Assembly: GCA_963775465.1 (NCBI GenBank)
Contig: CAVZIW010000013.1
Location: forward strand, 96,001-160,000
Direction of reading: 5' to 3'
Length of the DNA: 64,000 nt
Source: Candidatus Bathyarchaeota archaeon
GTDB taxonomy: Archaea > Thermoproteota > Bathyarchaeia > Bathyarchaeales > Bathycorpusculaceae
The notes under the pieces are model-generated. The model was not told where the DNA came from, did no database searches, and worked only from the letters and a program-made list of their open reading frames with translations. Each line of letters opens with the position of its first letter. Position 1 is the first letter of the stretch. Of this stretch, positions 28,485 through 39,271 are shown one piece after another. Both the position numbers and the translations under genes were made by a program.

Positions 28485-29549
28485 ATGGCTATCCTCACCG
28501 ACACCCTCCAACAATTTTTTAATTTGGATAGTGGAACTGCGGAAATTATATCTTCCATAATCATATTTGTAGCGGTCGCCTTAGTTGGATGGGGCGCCTA
28601 CATGATTTTTAACAAGTATTTTTCCAAATGGGCAAAGAAGACTGAAACTACCCTAGATGACGATATTCTTGCAGCTGTCAAAGTCATAATTATAATAATG
28701 ATCGTCATAATCGGAATTGAATATGCTCTTCAACCGCTCTCGTTTCTTCAACCGTTCAACAGCACCCTAACGGCAATATTTACCATCTTAGAAGTTTTCT
28801 TAGGTGCATTTGCAGTTACCCGCGTCTCAAACATAATAGCCGACTGGTATACAAGCAGAACAGCTCTTATGGCAGGAAAAAACAGTCATCATTTGCTATT
28901 TATTTTGAAAAAAATTATTCAATTAGTGGTGTATATCAGCGCCTTTCTTCTTCTACTATACATATTCAATGTTAACCTCACTGGAGCAGTGGTAGGCTTA
29001 GGAGTGGGAGGCATCGCCATAGCATTTGCCCTGCAAAGTACCTTAAGCGATTTCTTTAGCGCGTTCTCAATTTACTTTGACAGACCGTTTGAAATCGGGG
29101 ATTTCATCGTTGTTGGAGAGTACAGCGGAACAGTCAATAACATCGGAATCAGATCAACCAGACTTCAACTTCTACAAGGCGAAGAACTAGTGATCTCAAA
29201 CAAAGAACTAACAAGCGGCAGCGTGCGTAATTTTAGAAAACTTGAAAAAAGGCGTGTATCGTTTACTATTGGTGTAACCTACGATACTTCAGTTGAAAAA
29301 CTCAGAAAAATACCAGTAATTATTTCAGAAATAATCAAGAAAACAGAATTAGCAATTTTTAATCGAGCGAATTTTACCGAGTTTGGTGATTTTAGCCTGA
29401 AATTCCTCGTCATCTACTATGTTGATTCATCAGATTGGGGGCAATATTTGGAGACCCAAGAAAAAATTAATTTCGCCATAAAGGAAGCTTTTGAGCAGGA
29501 AGGCATAGAGATGGCTTTCCCAACAAACACCATTTATGTTAAAAAATAG
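28485..29549 (+). CDS. mscS: Small-conductance mechanosensitive channel
   Basis: GLGVGGIAIAFALQ, DRPFEIGD, IGIRST, GIEMAFPT; TATA TTTAAATA ~28451 suggests leaderless start. Confidence 0.93.
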   Translation: MAILTDTLQQFFNLDSGTAEIISSIIIFVAVALVGWGAYMIFNKYFSKWAKKTETTLDDDILAAVKVIIIIMIVIIGIEYALQPLSFLQPFNSTLTAIFTILEVFLGAFAVTRVSNIIADWYTSRTALMAGKNSHHLLFILKKIIQLVVYISAFLLLLYIFNVNLTGAVVGLGVGGIAIAFALQSTLSDFFSAFSIYFDRPFEIGDFIVVGEYSGTVNNIGIRSTRLQLLQGEELVISNKELTSGSVRNFRKLEKRRVSFTIGVTYDTSVEKLRKIPVIISEIIKKTELAIFNRANFTEFGDFSLKFLVIYYVDSSDWGQYLETQEKINFAIKEAFEQEGIEMAFPTNTIYVKK

Positions 29550-29895
29550 AAAAGCTTCGCTTTTTGAGGCTGAAATGCTGTTTCTTTTGCAATCGCAGGT
29601 CTATTTATTGCAAAAATCAAATATTTTGCGAATAGATTCTTGGTTTTGGCAGTTGGGATAGATTGACGCCAATCGTGCTCACAAGTTACCAAAAAAGTAA
29701 GTAGTGACAAATCAGAAGACTCTGACTGTTAAGAAAGACGGATGTACCCAAAATGATCTTTTAGCTGATTCAGCAAACCTTTAGCTTTGTCCAAGCAGCA
29801 AAAACTTTTCCTTCTTTTTGTGCCTGTTTCTGCAAAATCAAAAACCGAAAAAAGTATTTACTCAGAGTATTAAGAAGAATTTTCAAACAAAAGAA

Positions 29896-31056
29896 TTAGA
29901 AGGCAGCTGCAATTCGGTTGCAAGCTTCCACAATGCGTTCTTTAGGCTGTGTAAAAGTAATTCGCGCATAACCTTCTCCATACTTGCCAAAACCAAGACC
30001 AGGAGTAATAGCTACACCCACATCAAGCAGTCTTGCAGCAAACTTCACAGAATCGCACTTGCAGTTAACCCAAACATAGAAGGTGGCTTTGGGGCTTTCA
30101 ACTTCATAGCCCAACTTACAGAGGGTGGTAACGAGCATGTCACGACGTTCTTGCAAGGTTTGATTATTCTTTTTCAGGAATGCTGGGACTTCATGATTCT
30201 TGTAAGATGCAAGTGCTTTTGTTGCAGCTTTTTGGGTATAAACAGGTGGCCCACTATCGATTTGGGTCTTCACTTTAGCCAATCCATCAACTAACTTTTT
30301 GTTTCCAACTGCAAAAGCGATGCGGTCGCCAGTCATGTTGAAAGTCTTGGAAAGAGAATGAAACTCCAAAGCAACATCTATAGCCCCGTCAACTTCCAAA
30401 ATGCTTGGAGCGCGATAGTCATCGTATGTGATTTCGGAGTAAGCGTTGTCATAGCATAAAATAATATTGTGTTCTTTTGCGAAATCAATAGCATCTTTGA
30501 GGAAGTTTTTGTCAACTGTTGCAGCAGTGGGGTTGTTGGGGTAATTGAGAAACATCATTTTGGCGCCTTCTGTATTGATTGTATCGAAGTCTGGTTTGAA
30601 ATTATTCTCCTCCAACAAGGGAATAGGCACGGTTTTTCCATCGCAAAGAATTGCGCTGCCATTGGCGTACACTGGGTATGCGGGATCTGGGACCAAAACG
30701 CGATCACCCGGATTTATGAATGCGCGCGCTGTGTTTGCAATACCTTCCTTTGAGCCTAAAAGGGCAATTACTTGGTCATTCTTTAAATCAACGCCGAACC
30801 GTTCCTTGCACCATTCGGTCACCGCGGTTCGGAAGGCTGGTTCGCCTTGGCTAAAAGAATAATTATGGTTCTTTAGGTCACTAGCTTCTTTTTTTAGAGA
30901 TTCTAATATAAACGGTGGCGGCGGGAGGTCAGGATCACCTATGCTAAGTGAGATGAGATCAACACCGCAACGTTTCTTTTCTCGTGCAAGCGTTTCTAGT
31001 TCAGCAAATAGATAGGGAGGCAAACGTTTAATTCTATCAGAAAATTCAAATGTCAT
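29896..31056 (-). CDS. dapL: LL-diaminopimelate aminotransferase
   Basis: PPYLFAE, IGDPD, GSKEG, NYPNNPT, DNAYSE, SLSKTFNMTGDR; in dap operon. Confidence 0.85.
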   Translation of the reverse strand: MTFEFSDRIKRLPPYLFAELETLAREKKRCGVDLISLSIGDPDLPPPPFILESLKKEASDLKNHNYSFSQGEPAFRTAVTEWCKERFGVDLKNDQVIALLGSKEGIANTARAFINPGDRVLVPDPAYPVYANGSAILCDGKTVPIPLLEENNFKPDFDTINTEGAKMMFLNYPNNPTAATVDKNFLKDAIDFAKEHNIILCYDNAYSEITYDDYRAPSILEVDGAIDVALEFHSLSKTFNMTGDRIAFAVGNKKLVDGLAKVKTQIDSGPPVYTQKAATKALASYKNHEVPAFLKKNNQTLQERRDMLVTTLCKLGYEVESPKATFYVWVNCKCDSVKFAARLLDVGVAITPGLGFGKYGEGYARITFTQPKERIVEACNRIAAAF

Positions 31057-31059
31057 GTT

Positions 31060-31893
31060 TCATGGCTCCTGAAATAAAGTTCCTTCGAAAACTTTCTCGG
31101 CTGCTCCAATCAAGAGCAGGGTTTTACCCACTTCGACTTCTAAATCGCCGCCGAGAAGATGAACTGTGACATTGTTATCAACTCTTCCAAGCCTGTTTGC
31201 AGCTGCGACAGCAGCACACGTTCCTGTTCCACATGCCAACGTTTCGCCACAACCGCGTTCCCAAACCCTAACTTTGAGCTCGTTTCGGTTTAAGACTTGA
31301 ACAAAAGCAACATTGGTTCTGTCTGGGAAAGCTTTGTAATTCTCAACAATCGGACCGATAATATTAACGGGGAATTCCTCAACTTCTTCGACAAATATTA
31401 TACAATGCGGATTGCCCATAGAAAGACAAGTCATAGAGTAAGGCTTGTTGCCAATTTCTAAGGTTTCATTGATGAAGGTTCCTTGACCTTGCATAGACAG
31501 GGCTGAGCGTTCCCAGTTTGGTGCGCCCATATCCACTTTAACAGAGTAAACTTCGCTACCTTTTATAGTCAACCATATTTGTTTTACGCCCGAAAGTGTT
31601 TCAACATTAAACGCGTTTTTGGAAACTACACCGTTTTCATAGCAGTATTTTGAGAAGCAACGAATGCCATTACCGCACATTTCTGCTTCACTACCGTCAG
31701 CATTAAAAATCCGCATCTTAACATCTGCAACATTGGAAGGACAAACAAGCAACAAGCCATCTGCACCTATGGAGAAGCGTCGTTGGCACAATTTTTTAGC
31801 TAACTTTGGAACCTGTTGCTCGCTAATTCCCTGTTTTTTGCTATCGACCACTATATAGTCGTTGCCTAAGCCGTGCATCTTCCAAAAAAGCAT
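31060..31893 (-). CDS. dapF: Diaminopimelate epimerase
   Basis: KMHGLGND, EMCGNGIRC, GNPH, ERGCGETLACGTG. Confidence 0.97.
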   Translation of the reverse strand: MLFWKMHGLGNDYIVVDSKKQGISEQQVPKLAKKLCQRRFSIGADGLLLVCPSNVADVKMRIFNADGSEAEMCGNGIRCFSKYCYENGVVSKNAFNVETLSGVKQIWLTIKGSEVYSVKVDMGAPNWERSALSMQGQGTFINETLEIGNKPYSMTCLSMGNPHCIIFVEEVEEFPVNIIGPIVENYKAFPDRTNVAFVQVLNRNELKVRVWERGCGETLACGTGTCAAVAAANRLGRVDNNVTVHLLGGDLEVEVGKTLLLIGAAEKVFEGTLFQEP

Positions 31894-31897
31894 TTTC

Positions 31898-33181
31898 TTA
31901 CTCCTCCATCCGTTGTTTAATCGTTAAATCTGCTAGCTGCTCGCGCTCCCTAACTACTAAGACTTTTCCCTGTCTAACCATTACTTCAGATGCTCTTGGA
32001 CGAGAATTGTACTGCGAACTCATACTAAATCCATATGCACCGGCATTAAGAATTGCAAGCAAATCGCCTTCCTTTATCGTTGGAAGTGTTCGTCCTTTAG
32101 CCAAGATGTCTCCTGACTCGCAAATAGGACCTACTACATCGTAGGTTTCTTTGTCGGCATGTTCAAGCTTTTTATCAATTAGGATCTGGTGATAAGAACC
32201 ATACATTGTGGGACGAACCAACGTGTTGAAGCCTGCGTCAACGCCGACATACTTGCGTGAAGGCGTGACTTTGACAGTGTTGACTGTAGTCAACAAAATG
32301 GATGCATCAGACACCAAGTATCTCCCCGGTTCAATGCAAAGAAAGGGCTTGCCAAGTCCGCATTCCTTAACTTGGGTCTTAAAAGGAGAAATAACTTTAG
32401 CTGAGAACTCTGCCAAATCTAATTCATCATCTGAGGAATTGCAGGGAACCCCGAATCCTCCGCCAATATCAATGAACTCAAACTCAACACCGATTTCTTC
32501 ATGGACCCTCTTAGCAATTTTCAACAGTTTTTCAACTGCTAAGACATAAGGTTCAACGTTTGTAATGCCTGAGCCAATGTGCATGTGGATTCCGAAGCGC
32601 TCTACTCGTGCTTTCTTCGCAGTCGCATAAGCTTTAATCGCGTCTTCTTCCCAGAGTCCGAATTTTGATTCCGGACCTGCAGTTACACAATGGCTATGAT
32701 GCCCAGCTCCGATTTCAGGGTTAACGCGAATCGAAATAATTGAAGGAACAGCAATCTTTAGCAAACGCTCAAGCTCGGATTGGGAATCTATGTTTATAGT
32801 TACATTTGCGTCGACCAACATTTTTAATTCATCGTTTCGTACGCTAGTCCCCGTGAAAAGGATGCGATTTGAGGTAAACCCGCTGCTTAAGCCAATGAAG
32901 ACTTCTCCGGGGCTCACTGTATCCAAGTAAGCACCCTCTGATTGCAGAATTTTTAAAACTGCCATGTTGGTGTTTGCCTTTGCTGCATAGTAGATTCGAA
33001 GATGCTTGTAGTTTTTGATTAGGGCATTTTGGACACGGGTATAGTTGTCTCGGATGCGTTTCTCGCTGATAACGTAAAGTGGTGTATCGTATTTTTTAGC
33101 CAACTCCTTCACGGAAACGCCGTCGAAAAAGAGACTCCCTTTTCGATTTTCTAAGGGTTCACGAAGTTTTCTTTTAACCAT
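31898..33181 (-). CDS. lysA: Diaminopimelate decarboxylase
   Basis: YAAKAN, HMHIGS, DIGGG, EPGRY, GPICESGD, GAYG..SSQYN. Confidence 0.97.
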   Translation of the reverse strand: MVKRKLREPLENRKGSLFFDGVSVKELAKKYDTPLYVISEKRIRDNYTRVQNALIKNYKHLRIYYAAKANTNMAVLKILQSEGAYLDTVSPGEVFIGLSSGFTSNRILFTGTSVRNDELKMLVDANVTINIDSQSELERLLKIAVPSIISIRVNPEIGAGHHSHCVTAGPESKFGLWEEDAIKAYATAKKARVERFGIHMHIGSGITNVEPYVLAVEKLLKIAKRVHEEIGVEFEFIDIGGGFGVPCNSSDDELDLAEFSAKVISPFKTQVKECGLGKPFLCIEPGRYLVSDASILLTTVNTVKVTPSRKYVGVDAGFNTLVRPTMYGSYHQILIDKKLEHADKETYDVVGPICESGDILAKGRTLPTIKEGDLLAILNAGAYGFSMSSQYNSRPRASEVMVRQGKVLVVREREQLADLTIKQRMEE

Positions 33182-33220
33182 TCATTACACCAAAGGGATT
33201 TGTGAAGCAAATAATTGATT

Positions 33221-34279
33221 TTAGACCAAGCCATTAGCTACATAAAGCTCTGCGCTTAGAATGCCTCCTCCGGCGGCGCCTCGAACTGTATTGTGCCCCA
33301 AACATACATACTTGATATTCATTATGGGATCTTTGCGTATTCTTCCAACGACTACACTTTGGCCGTTACCTGCATTTCGGTCATATCGTGGTTGAGGACG
33401 ATTATTTTCTCGGCGAACAATTATAGGCTTTGCTGGAGCGGAGGGTAGATGGAGCAGTTGCGGAGCACCATTGAAATCTTCAAAGGCTGCCTCTATTTGA
33501 TCGATTGATGGTTCTTGGTCCAGTTTTACAGATATACATTCTAAGTGTCCATCTTTGACGTTAACACGGTTGCAACTGGCACTAAGATCAAAATTAGCAT
33601 TATGAATAATTCCTTGACTGAGGGTTCCGAGAATTTTTTTAGCTTCAGTTTCCATCTTATACTCTTCTCCTGAAATGAAGGGAACTACGTTATCAATGAT
33701 GTCAAGTGAAGGAACACCGGGGTAGCCTGCACCGCTGAGCGCTTGCAATGTAGTAACCATTACTTGCGTTAGACCAAACTGCATGAGTGGTTTTAAGGTA
33801 ATTGCCATTTGGATTGTACTGCAGTTGGGGTCTGTAGAAATGAAACCTTTCCAACCCCGAACCTCTTGTTGAATCTTGATTAATTCAGCATGGTCAGGAT
33901 TGATTTCTGGAATGATCAATGGAACGTCTTTTTCCATTCTGTGAGCACTAGCCTTGCTAAACACTGGATATATTGAAGCAAATTCTGACTCAACTGAACC
34001 GGCTAAATCTCCTGGCAAAGCAGAAAAGACCAAGTCCACGTCGCTAACGTTTTCTACTGATTCAACATTGGAGTTGACTACGGGCATTTCAGCTATTTCT
34101 GCAGGCAACTCAGACTCCATTAGCCAGTTGCATGCGGCCCCATATTTTTTCCCTGATGACCGCTCTGAAGCAGCAAGTACCTCAATCTTGAACCAGGGGT
34201 GATTTTGCAAGAGTTGAATGTAACGTTGCCCCACGGCTCCGGTTGCACCTAATATAGCTACTTTTCGCTTATTCGACAT
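33221..34279 (-). CDS. asd: Aspartate-semialdehyde dehydrogenase
   Basis: GATGAVGQ, PNCST, SGAGYPG, HNTVRGAAG. Confidence 0.97.
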   Translation of the reverse strand: MSNKRKVAILGATGAVGQRYIQLLQNHPWFKIEVLAASERSSGKKYGAACNWLMESELPAEIAEMPVVNSNVESVENVSDVDLVFSALPGDLAGSVESEFASIYPVFSKASAHRMEKDVPLIIPEINPDHAELIKIQQEVRGWKGFISTDPNCSTIQMAITLKPLMQFGLTQVMVTTLQALSGAGYPGVPSLDIIDNVVPFISGEEYKMETEAKKILGTLSQGIIHNANFDLSASCNRVNVKDGHLECISVKLDQEPSIDQIEAAFEDFNGAPQLLHLPSAPAKPIIVRRENNRPQPRYDRNAGNGQSVVVGRIRKDPIMNIKYVCLGHNTVRGAAGGGILSAELYVANGLV

Positions 34280-34339
34280 CTTCTACTTCTTCCTTTGATC
34301 TTTTCACTGTATTTGTTCCTCGATAAAATACTTAATGGT

Positions 34340-35155
34340 TTAGTTTAAGCCTAAAACGTCTGCCATACTGTAAATTTTAGGCTCTGTTTGCCTGCTCAAC
34401 CATTCAGCTGCGTAAACTGCACCCTGTGCAAATACCTTTCGGGAAAACGCAGTGTGTTCAATACGCAGCATTTCGTTTGGACCAGCAACTATGACATCAT
34501 GAATCCCTGCGACCCCACCCGCACGCAGCGCAACAGACTCAAGTTCAGTAGGTTGCCGTGGGCTAATGCCATCTCTACCATAAATTGTCTTGGTGTAGCC
34601 CCTGGCTTGCATTATTATTTGTTCAAGCCTCTTTGCGGTTCCGCTTGGAGCATCCCTTTTGCCCGTATGGTGTATTTCGCTAAGGCTAAAATCGTAGCCT
34701 GCTGGAAACGCATTTAGAGCTTCAGCTAGTTTGAAGAGTATATTGACCCCTACGCTGTAGTTTGGCGAGAAAACAACAGGTACTTTACCCGACACTGCAA
34801 TAGTTAACTGTCGGTTTTGGTCTTGAGTAAAACCTGTTGTACCCAAAATTATCCGTTTATCCATATTAGCCGCTATTGGAATGTTGGTGATGTCTGCTTC
34901 TGGAGTTGTGAAGCTTACGAAAATGTCGGCGTCTATAAGTGCATCCGCTAAATTATCGGAGCTTTGAATTACTGTATCCTGGTCTGATATACCAAGCTGG
35001 CGCAAAGTCTTGCCGATTGTCGGGGTTCCAGGAGTAGCCATTGACTGAACTGGAGCCTCGGTTGCACCAACAGTCATTATTCCTTTTGCTCTTGCTTCCT
35101 GTATTATTGCAACCCCCATTCTACCCGCTGCTCCTGCGACGCATAGCTTAAGCAT
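34340..35155 (-). CDS. dapB: 4-hydroxy-tetrahydrodipicolinate reductase
   Basis: GAAGRMG, GTTG, EIHHTGKRDAPSGTA. Confidence 0.96.
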   Translation of the reverse strand: MLKLCVAGAAGRMGVAIIQEARAKGIMTVGATEAPVQSMATPGTPTIGKTLRQLGISDQDTVIQSSDNLADALIDADIFVSFTTPEADITNIPIAANMDKRIILGTTGFTQDQNRQLTIAVSGKVPVVFSPNYSVGVNILFKLAEALNAFPAGYDFSLSEIHHTGKRDAPSGTAKRLEQIIMQARGYTKTIYGRDGISPRQPTELESVALRAGGVAGIHDVIVAGPNEMLRIEHTAFSRKVFAQGAVYAAEWLSRQTEPKIYSMADVLGLN

Positions 35156-36185
35156 ATGTTAGTCCCTCAAGATACTTCTCGTTATAAAGACGATCTTTTA
35201 AGTCAACGTTGAAGTGTCGGGTAATTGGTTCTAAGACTTGAGGGTTTGCCTCGTAGACCTTGCGTGCATTATTCAACACAATTTCTAACCCGCTGCGTGT
35301 CATTTTACCCAACGGTTGCCTACAAGGACCAGCCGGCATCCCCAATACGTTCATAAGGGTTTTGCATGCAAGCGGATTTCGAGCTTTGCATATTACAGAT
35401 CCATATGGTGTCTGCTCCTGTGTTTTTACAGTGACGAGATCAAAGAGCGGCTTAAGAGCTTGAACAATTACACTTGCAGCTTCCTCGTTGCCGTCTAAAC
35501 AGTAATGAACCATGTCGGAGACCGCACGCGGTGCAATATTAGACATGACAGAAATTACACCGTTTGCTCGTATGTCAGGTGAAATCATCATAGTGAGAGT
35601 TTTTTCATCATCACCGCTGAGTATTTCAAAATCGTCGCCGCAAAGTTTGCGTGTTAACTCCGCATTCTTTAAATCACCTGTGGCTTCTTTTACGCAACTC
35701 ACATTAGGATACTGATGATGCAAAATGGCAATGTCTGGAGGAAGCAACTGTGTCCCTGTTCTGCCTGGGATTATATATGGGATGACTTGGATTTCGGGAA
35801 ACCGCTGAGCAATTGGCTCTATATATTCACGGCGAATCTCAAGCGAACTGGGTCCATTATAATAGGGGTCAACGAGCAAGACAGCTTTTATCCCTGCGTT
35901 TTGGGCACGTTCTGTGCCTGCAATGGCTTCTTCTGTCGAGTTGCTACCTGTGCCTGCAATGGTCAGGCAGCGTTTACCTGAATCTTGGTCCACTTGCTCA
36001 ATGACTTTGCTGTGCTCCTTCCAAGATAGAGTGGGGCTTTCGCCGGTTGTGCCGACTGCTAGGATGCCGGTCACACCGTTTTTTACTTGAAAATCCACTA
36101 GTTGCGCTAATCCTTCGTAGTCGACTTGGTGAGTTTGGTTCATGGGGGTTATTAATGCAGTGTAACAACCATTGAATGATGCCAA
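35148..36185 (-). CDS. dapA: 4-hydroxy-tetrahydrodipicolinate synthase
   Basis: GTTGESPTL, PYYN, YIIPGRTG, KEA, SGDD. Confidence 0.95.
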   Translation of the reverse strand: MASFNGCYTALITPMNQTHQVDYEGLAQLVDFQVKNGVTGILAVGTTGESPTLSWKEHSKVIEQVDQDSGKRCLTIAGTGSNSTEEAIAGTERAQNAGIKAVLLVDPYYNGPSSLEIRREYIEPIAQRFPEIQVIPYIIPGRTGTQLLPPDIAILHHQYPNVSCVKEATGDLKNAELTRKLCGDDFEILSGDDEKTLTMMISPDIRANGVISVMSNIAPRAVSDMVHYCLDGNEEAASVIVQALKPLFDLVTVKTQEQTPYGSVICKARNPLACKTLMNVLGMPAGPCRQPLGKMTRSGLEIVLNNARKVYEANPQVLEPITRHFNVDLKDRLYNEKYLEGLTYA

Positions 36186-36303
36186 TTTATATTCCTTCTT
36201 TAATTAAGAATCATTCATGAGATCGGTATTTAAGCGTTACGTTTTAATTATTTTTTCTACGAAAAACGAAAAATTAACTGCTCAATAATAGAGTCATTAG
36301 TAT

Positions 36304-36630
36304 TTATTTCTCTTTTTCCGCAACGTGCTCTAACGACCGAATATGATAGGCTGTAAAAAAGCCATCACAAGCACCATATAACCTGTGAAAAAAATTAATT
36401 GCATCCTGGACATCTGCAGCTGTAGGAATAATTTGAAGATAGTTGTCCAAACGCACAACATCGTCTAATTTGCCAACCTCACGTTTGACTATTAAAAACC
36501 GTAGAATATGCGGACCACATTGGAAAAGGGCAAAGTATCCATTTTTACCTGTACCTTTTCTCACATCGATTGTTTTTTTACCTTGCTTAAGCCATTCGAA
36601 AACTTCTTTTCGTGCAAATAATAGCGGCAA
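36304..36630 (-). CDS. ASCH/PUA-like domain protein
   Basis: FEWLKQGKKTIDVR motif. Confidence 0.75.
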   Translation of the reverse strand: MPLLFARKEVFEWLKQGKKTIDVRKGTGKNGYFALFQCGPHILRFLIVKREVGKLDDVVRLDNYLQIIPTAADVQDAINFFHRLYGACDGFFTAYHIRSLEHVAEKEK

Positions 36631-36732
36631 CTTGTTACCCTGAGTGGAGCTTATTAGCTAGAAAATAAAGTTCCAGTAAATAAAAAAATAAAAAATGGAA
36701 AAGGAAATTTGGACCCTAAGAACTGGCCTTGC

Positions 36733-36930
36733 TTAACCTTTGCCTTTTTCTTCTTTGCCAAAGTACTGAGTCCACTTTAGTTTGCGTGCATCGCGTTTAA
36801 ACTGTAGGCTGCTTTTCTTGCATTTGCTTGAATCGAACCAGAGGATTGAACCGTCGTTCTTAACGAACATCATGCCTGTGCCAGCTGGGAAATCAGCACC
36901 ACAGAATGAACATTTTCTCGGTTTTGGCAT
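36733..36930 (-). CDS. rpl24e: 50S ribosomal protein L24e
   Basis: CSFCG..GTGMMFVKNDG..SSKC..KLKWT. Confidence 0.97.
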   Translation of the reverse strand: MPKPRKCSFCGADFPAGTGMMFVKNDGSILWFDSSKCKKSSLQFKRDARKLKWTQYFGKEEKGKG

Positions 36931-36948
36931 GACACATTTCTCCTAAAT

Positions 36949-37167
36949 TTAGCGTGTAATTTTCTTTGCTTCTCTTTCGGTTTCTCGCAGCATCAGGATA
37001 TCTTGAACACGAACAGGTCCTTTAACATTGCGTGTAATGATTCTGCCTTTGTCTTTTCCTTCCATGATACGAACGCGTACTTGTGTGATTTCGCCGGTTA
37101 CCCCTGTACGACCGATAATTTGTATAACTTCAGATGGAATTAGTTCCTCAGCTGCTTCTTTACTCAT
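36949..37167 (-). CDS. rps28e: 30S ribosomal protein S28e
   Basis: [24 protein letters not shown]. Confidence 0.98.
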   Translation of the reverse strand: MSKEAAEELIPSEVIQIIGRTGVTGEITQVRVRIMEGKDKGRIITRNVKGPVRVQDILMLRETEREAKKITR

Positions 37168-37547
37168 TACTGAGTTCCTCGTTTAACCTGATCGATTCGA
37201 GTTACGATTTCCTTGATTAAACCTGTTGCTTCTCCTTCTCTTATGATGCATGCTGCCGCACATGGAACATCAATACCTATGGATTTGCCGAGTTGTTCCT
37301 TGCTTGGAACGAAAACGTATGGTATTTTTCTTTCATCACAGAGCAGTGGTAAGTGTGCAATTACTTCTGGCGGGTCAACATCTTCAGCGATAACAACAAG
37401 TTTTGCTTGGGAACGTTCTACAGCTTTTGTGGCTTCGTTTGTGCCTTTCCTAACTGATCCTGATTTTGAAGCAATCGTTAGGGCTTCATAGGCTGCATCT
37501 ATTAGCTCTTTTGGGACTTCATATTTTACATAGAATGGTTTTGACAT
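37167..37547 (-). CDS. rpl7ae: 50S ribosomal protein L7Ae
   Basis: [20 protein letters not shown]. Confidence 0.98.
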   Translation of the reverse strand: MSKPFYVKYEVPKELIDAAYEALTIASKSGSVRKGTNEATKAVERSQAKLVVIAEDVDPPEVIAHLPLLCDERKIPYVFVPSKEQLGKSIGIDVPCAAACIIREGEATGLIKEIVTRIDQVKRGTQ

Positions 37548-37712
37548 ATTTCTTAGCCTCACCCTTGTTAAGGCACAGTCTTATCCACACTTCATATTTA
37601 ATAATCTTTCGACGATAAAAATGCATACTTATACTTCGGATCAATAACCATCCAGAAAGCTTTAAATGTACAGGTACGTTGACGTACATGTTTTCGAGAG
37701 GGGAATGGTCGT

Positions 37713-37964
37713 TTGCAAAGATTGGGCAGGGTGTCAAATGTATCTCCTTCACGAAATGTCATAGTTAAAGCTGAAAAGACTCCTAAACTTGGCTCTGAAG
37801 TTGTCGACGAGAACCTGAAAGTTGTCGGTAAAGTTTTTGATATAATTGGTCCAGTCACAGCACCCTATGCAGTGATCAAACCAACTAACATCGAACCTAC
37901 TAGACTACTAAATAAACCGGTGTACTTGCTGCTCTCGAAAACGCAACGGAGAAAAAATGAATGA
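37713..37964 (+). CDS. gar1: H/ACA RNP protein Gar1
   Basis: RLGRV..GKVFDIIGPVTAPY; gar1-tfb adjacency. Confidence 0.9.
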   Translation: MQRLGRVSNVSPSRNVIVKAEKTPKLGSEVVDENLKVVGKVFDIIGPVTAPYAVIKPTNIEPTRLLNKPVYLLLSKTQRRKNE

Positions 37965-38932
37965 TTAGAGACAAGTTACAGGAAACAGTAAACCGCGATC
38001 AAACCTCACCTCAAGCCGAACCCCAGAAATCGCGGGTTTGCCCAGAATGCGGCAGTACTCGACTCATGCATGATTCTGAAGCCGCCGAAATAGTATGCAT
38101 GGACTGCGGCATTGTAGTTCAACAGAAACTAACCGACCGTGGACCCGAATGGAGAGCATTTGATGATGAACAAAGATCGAAAAGAACCCGTGTCGGAGCG
38201 CCCCTGACATATACAATACATGATAAAGGTCTTTCGACCACTATTGATTGGCATGATCGAGACGTATATGGCAAGAGTCTTTCTCCTGGACAGAAAGCCC
38301 AGGTTTACCGTCTAAGAAAATGGCAGCGACGTATCAGAGTTTCCGACGCTACTGAAAGGAACTTGGCGTTTGCGCTTTCTGAAATCACGAAGATTTCTAA
38401 CAACCTCAATCTGCCTAAAAGTATTCTGGAAACAGCCTCAGTTATTTACCGCAAAGCGGTGAAAGAGCGTTTGATCCGCGGTAGGTCAATTCAAGGTGTC
38501 ACTTCAGCAGCGATTTATTTGGCGTGTAGACAATGCGGCTTACCTAAAACACTAGATGAAATATCTCAATCATCAACCGTTAACAAGAAAGAAGTGGGAA
38601 GAAGCTACCGTTTCCTAATCCGAGAACTTAACTATTCAATTCCGCCTCTGCGACCAAGTCAATACATAACAAAGTTTTCTAATCAGCTTACAATGCAAGG
38701 TAAAGTTGAAGAAATCGCCCACAAAATCTTGGCTTCTGCAAAAGAACTTAAACTCACATCAGGGAGAGGACCGACAGGGATAGCAGCTGCAGCAAGCTAT
38801 GTAGCATCAGTATTAACTGGAGAACGTAAGACACAAAGAGAAATTGCTGAAATCGCACAGGTTACTGAAGTAACCATCCGCAACAGGTACAAAGAACTCG
38901 CTGAAAGGCTTTTGTTTCAAATAAGTATCTAA
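37961..38932 (+). CDS. tfb: Transcription initiation factor IIB
   Basis: Zn ribbon CPEC..CMDC, GPEWRAF, two cyclin repeats. Confidence 0.98.
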   Translation: MIRDKLQETVNRDQTSPQAEPQKSRVCPECGSTRLMHDSEAAEIVCMDCGIVVQQKLTDRGPEWRAFDDEQRSKRTRVGAPLTYTIHDKGLSTTIDWHDRDVYGKSLSPGQKAQVYRLRKWQRRIRVSDATERNLAFALSEITKISNNLNLPKSILETASVIYRKAVKERLIRGRSIQGVTSAAIYLACRQCGLPKTLDEISQSSTVNKKEVGRSYRFLIRELNYSIPPLRPSQYITKFSNQLTMQGKVEEIAHKILASAKELKLTSGRGPTGIAAAASYVASVLTGERKTQREIAEIAQVTEVTIRNRYKELAERLLFQISI

Positions 38933-39271
38933 AGCCCTTTTCTAATTAGCTGGATTAAGACAAAGCTTGGGCTGATTTCAATCGAGAGAGTAAGCAAAAG
39001 TTAAGCTTTTAAAAAGTTAGCCATGGTTAAGATAGAATATTTCTGCTTTCAGCAAGAACAGATATGCTGCACTCAAAGCCTGAAATTACTACATCGGTTT
39101 GATAATCTAAATAGAGACGGGAACCAACGGATATACATGATTGGTAAAGTCTAACATAATGCGTAAATTGATCAAGGAAGACTTAGTCCTTAATCAGAAG
39201 AAACAATAACCTAAGATTCCGTATAGTTAATAAGCAATTTTTTTAAGCAAGAGGTATGCTATCCTTATTTT

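Noticed and set aside
37548-37600. K-turn in the rpl7ae 5' UTR
   Set aside because: A CCTT/AAGG hairpin is present but I could not place tandem G-A pairs
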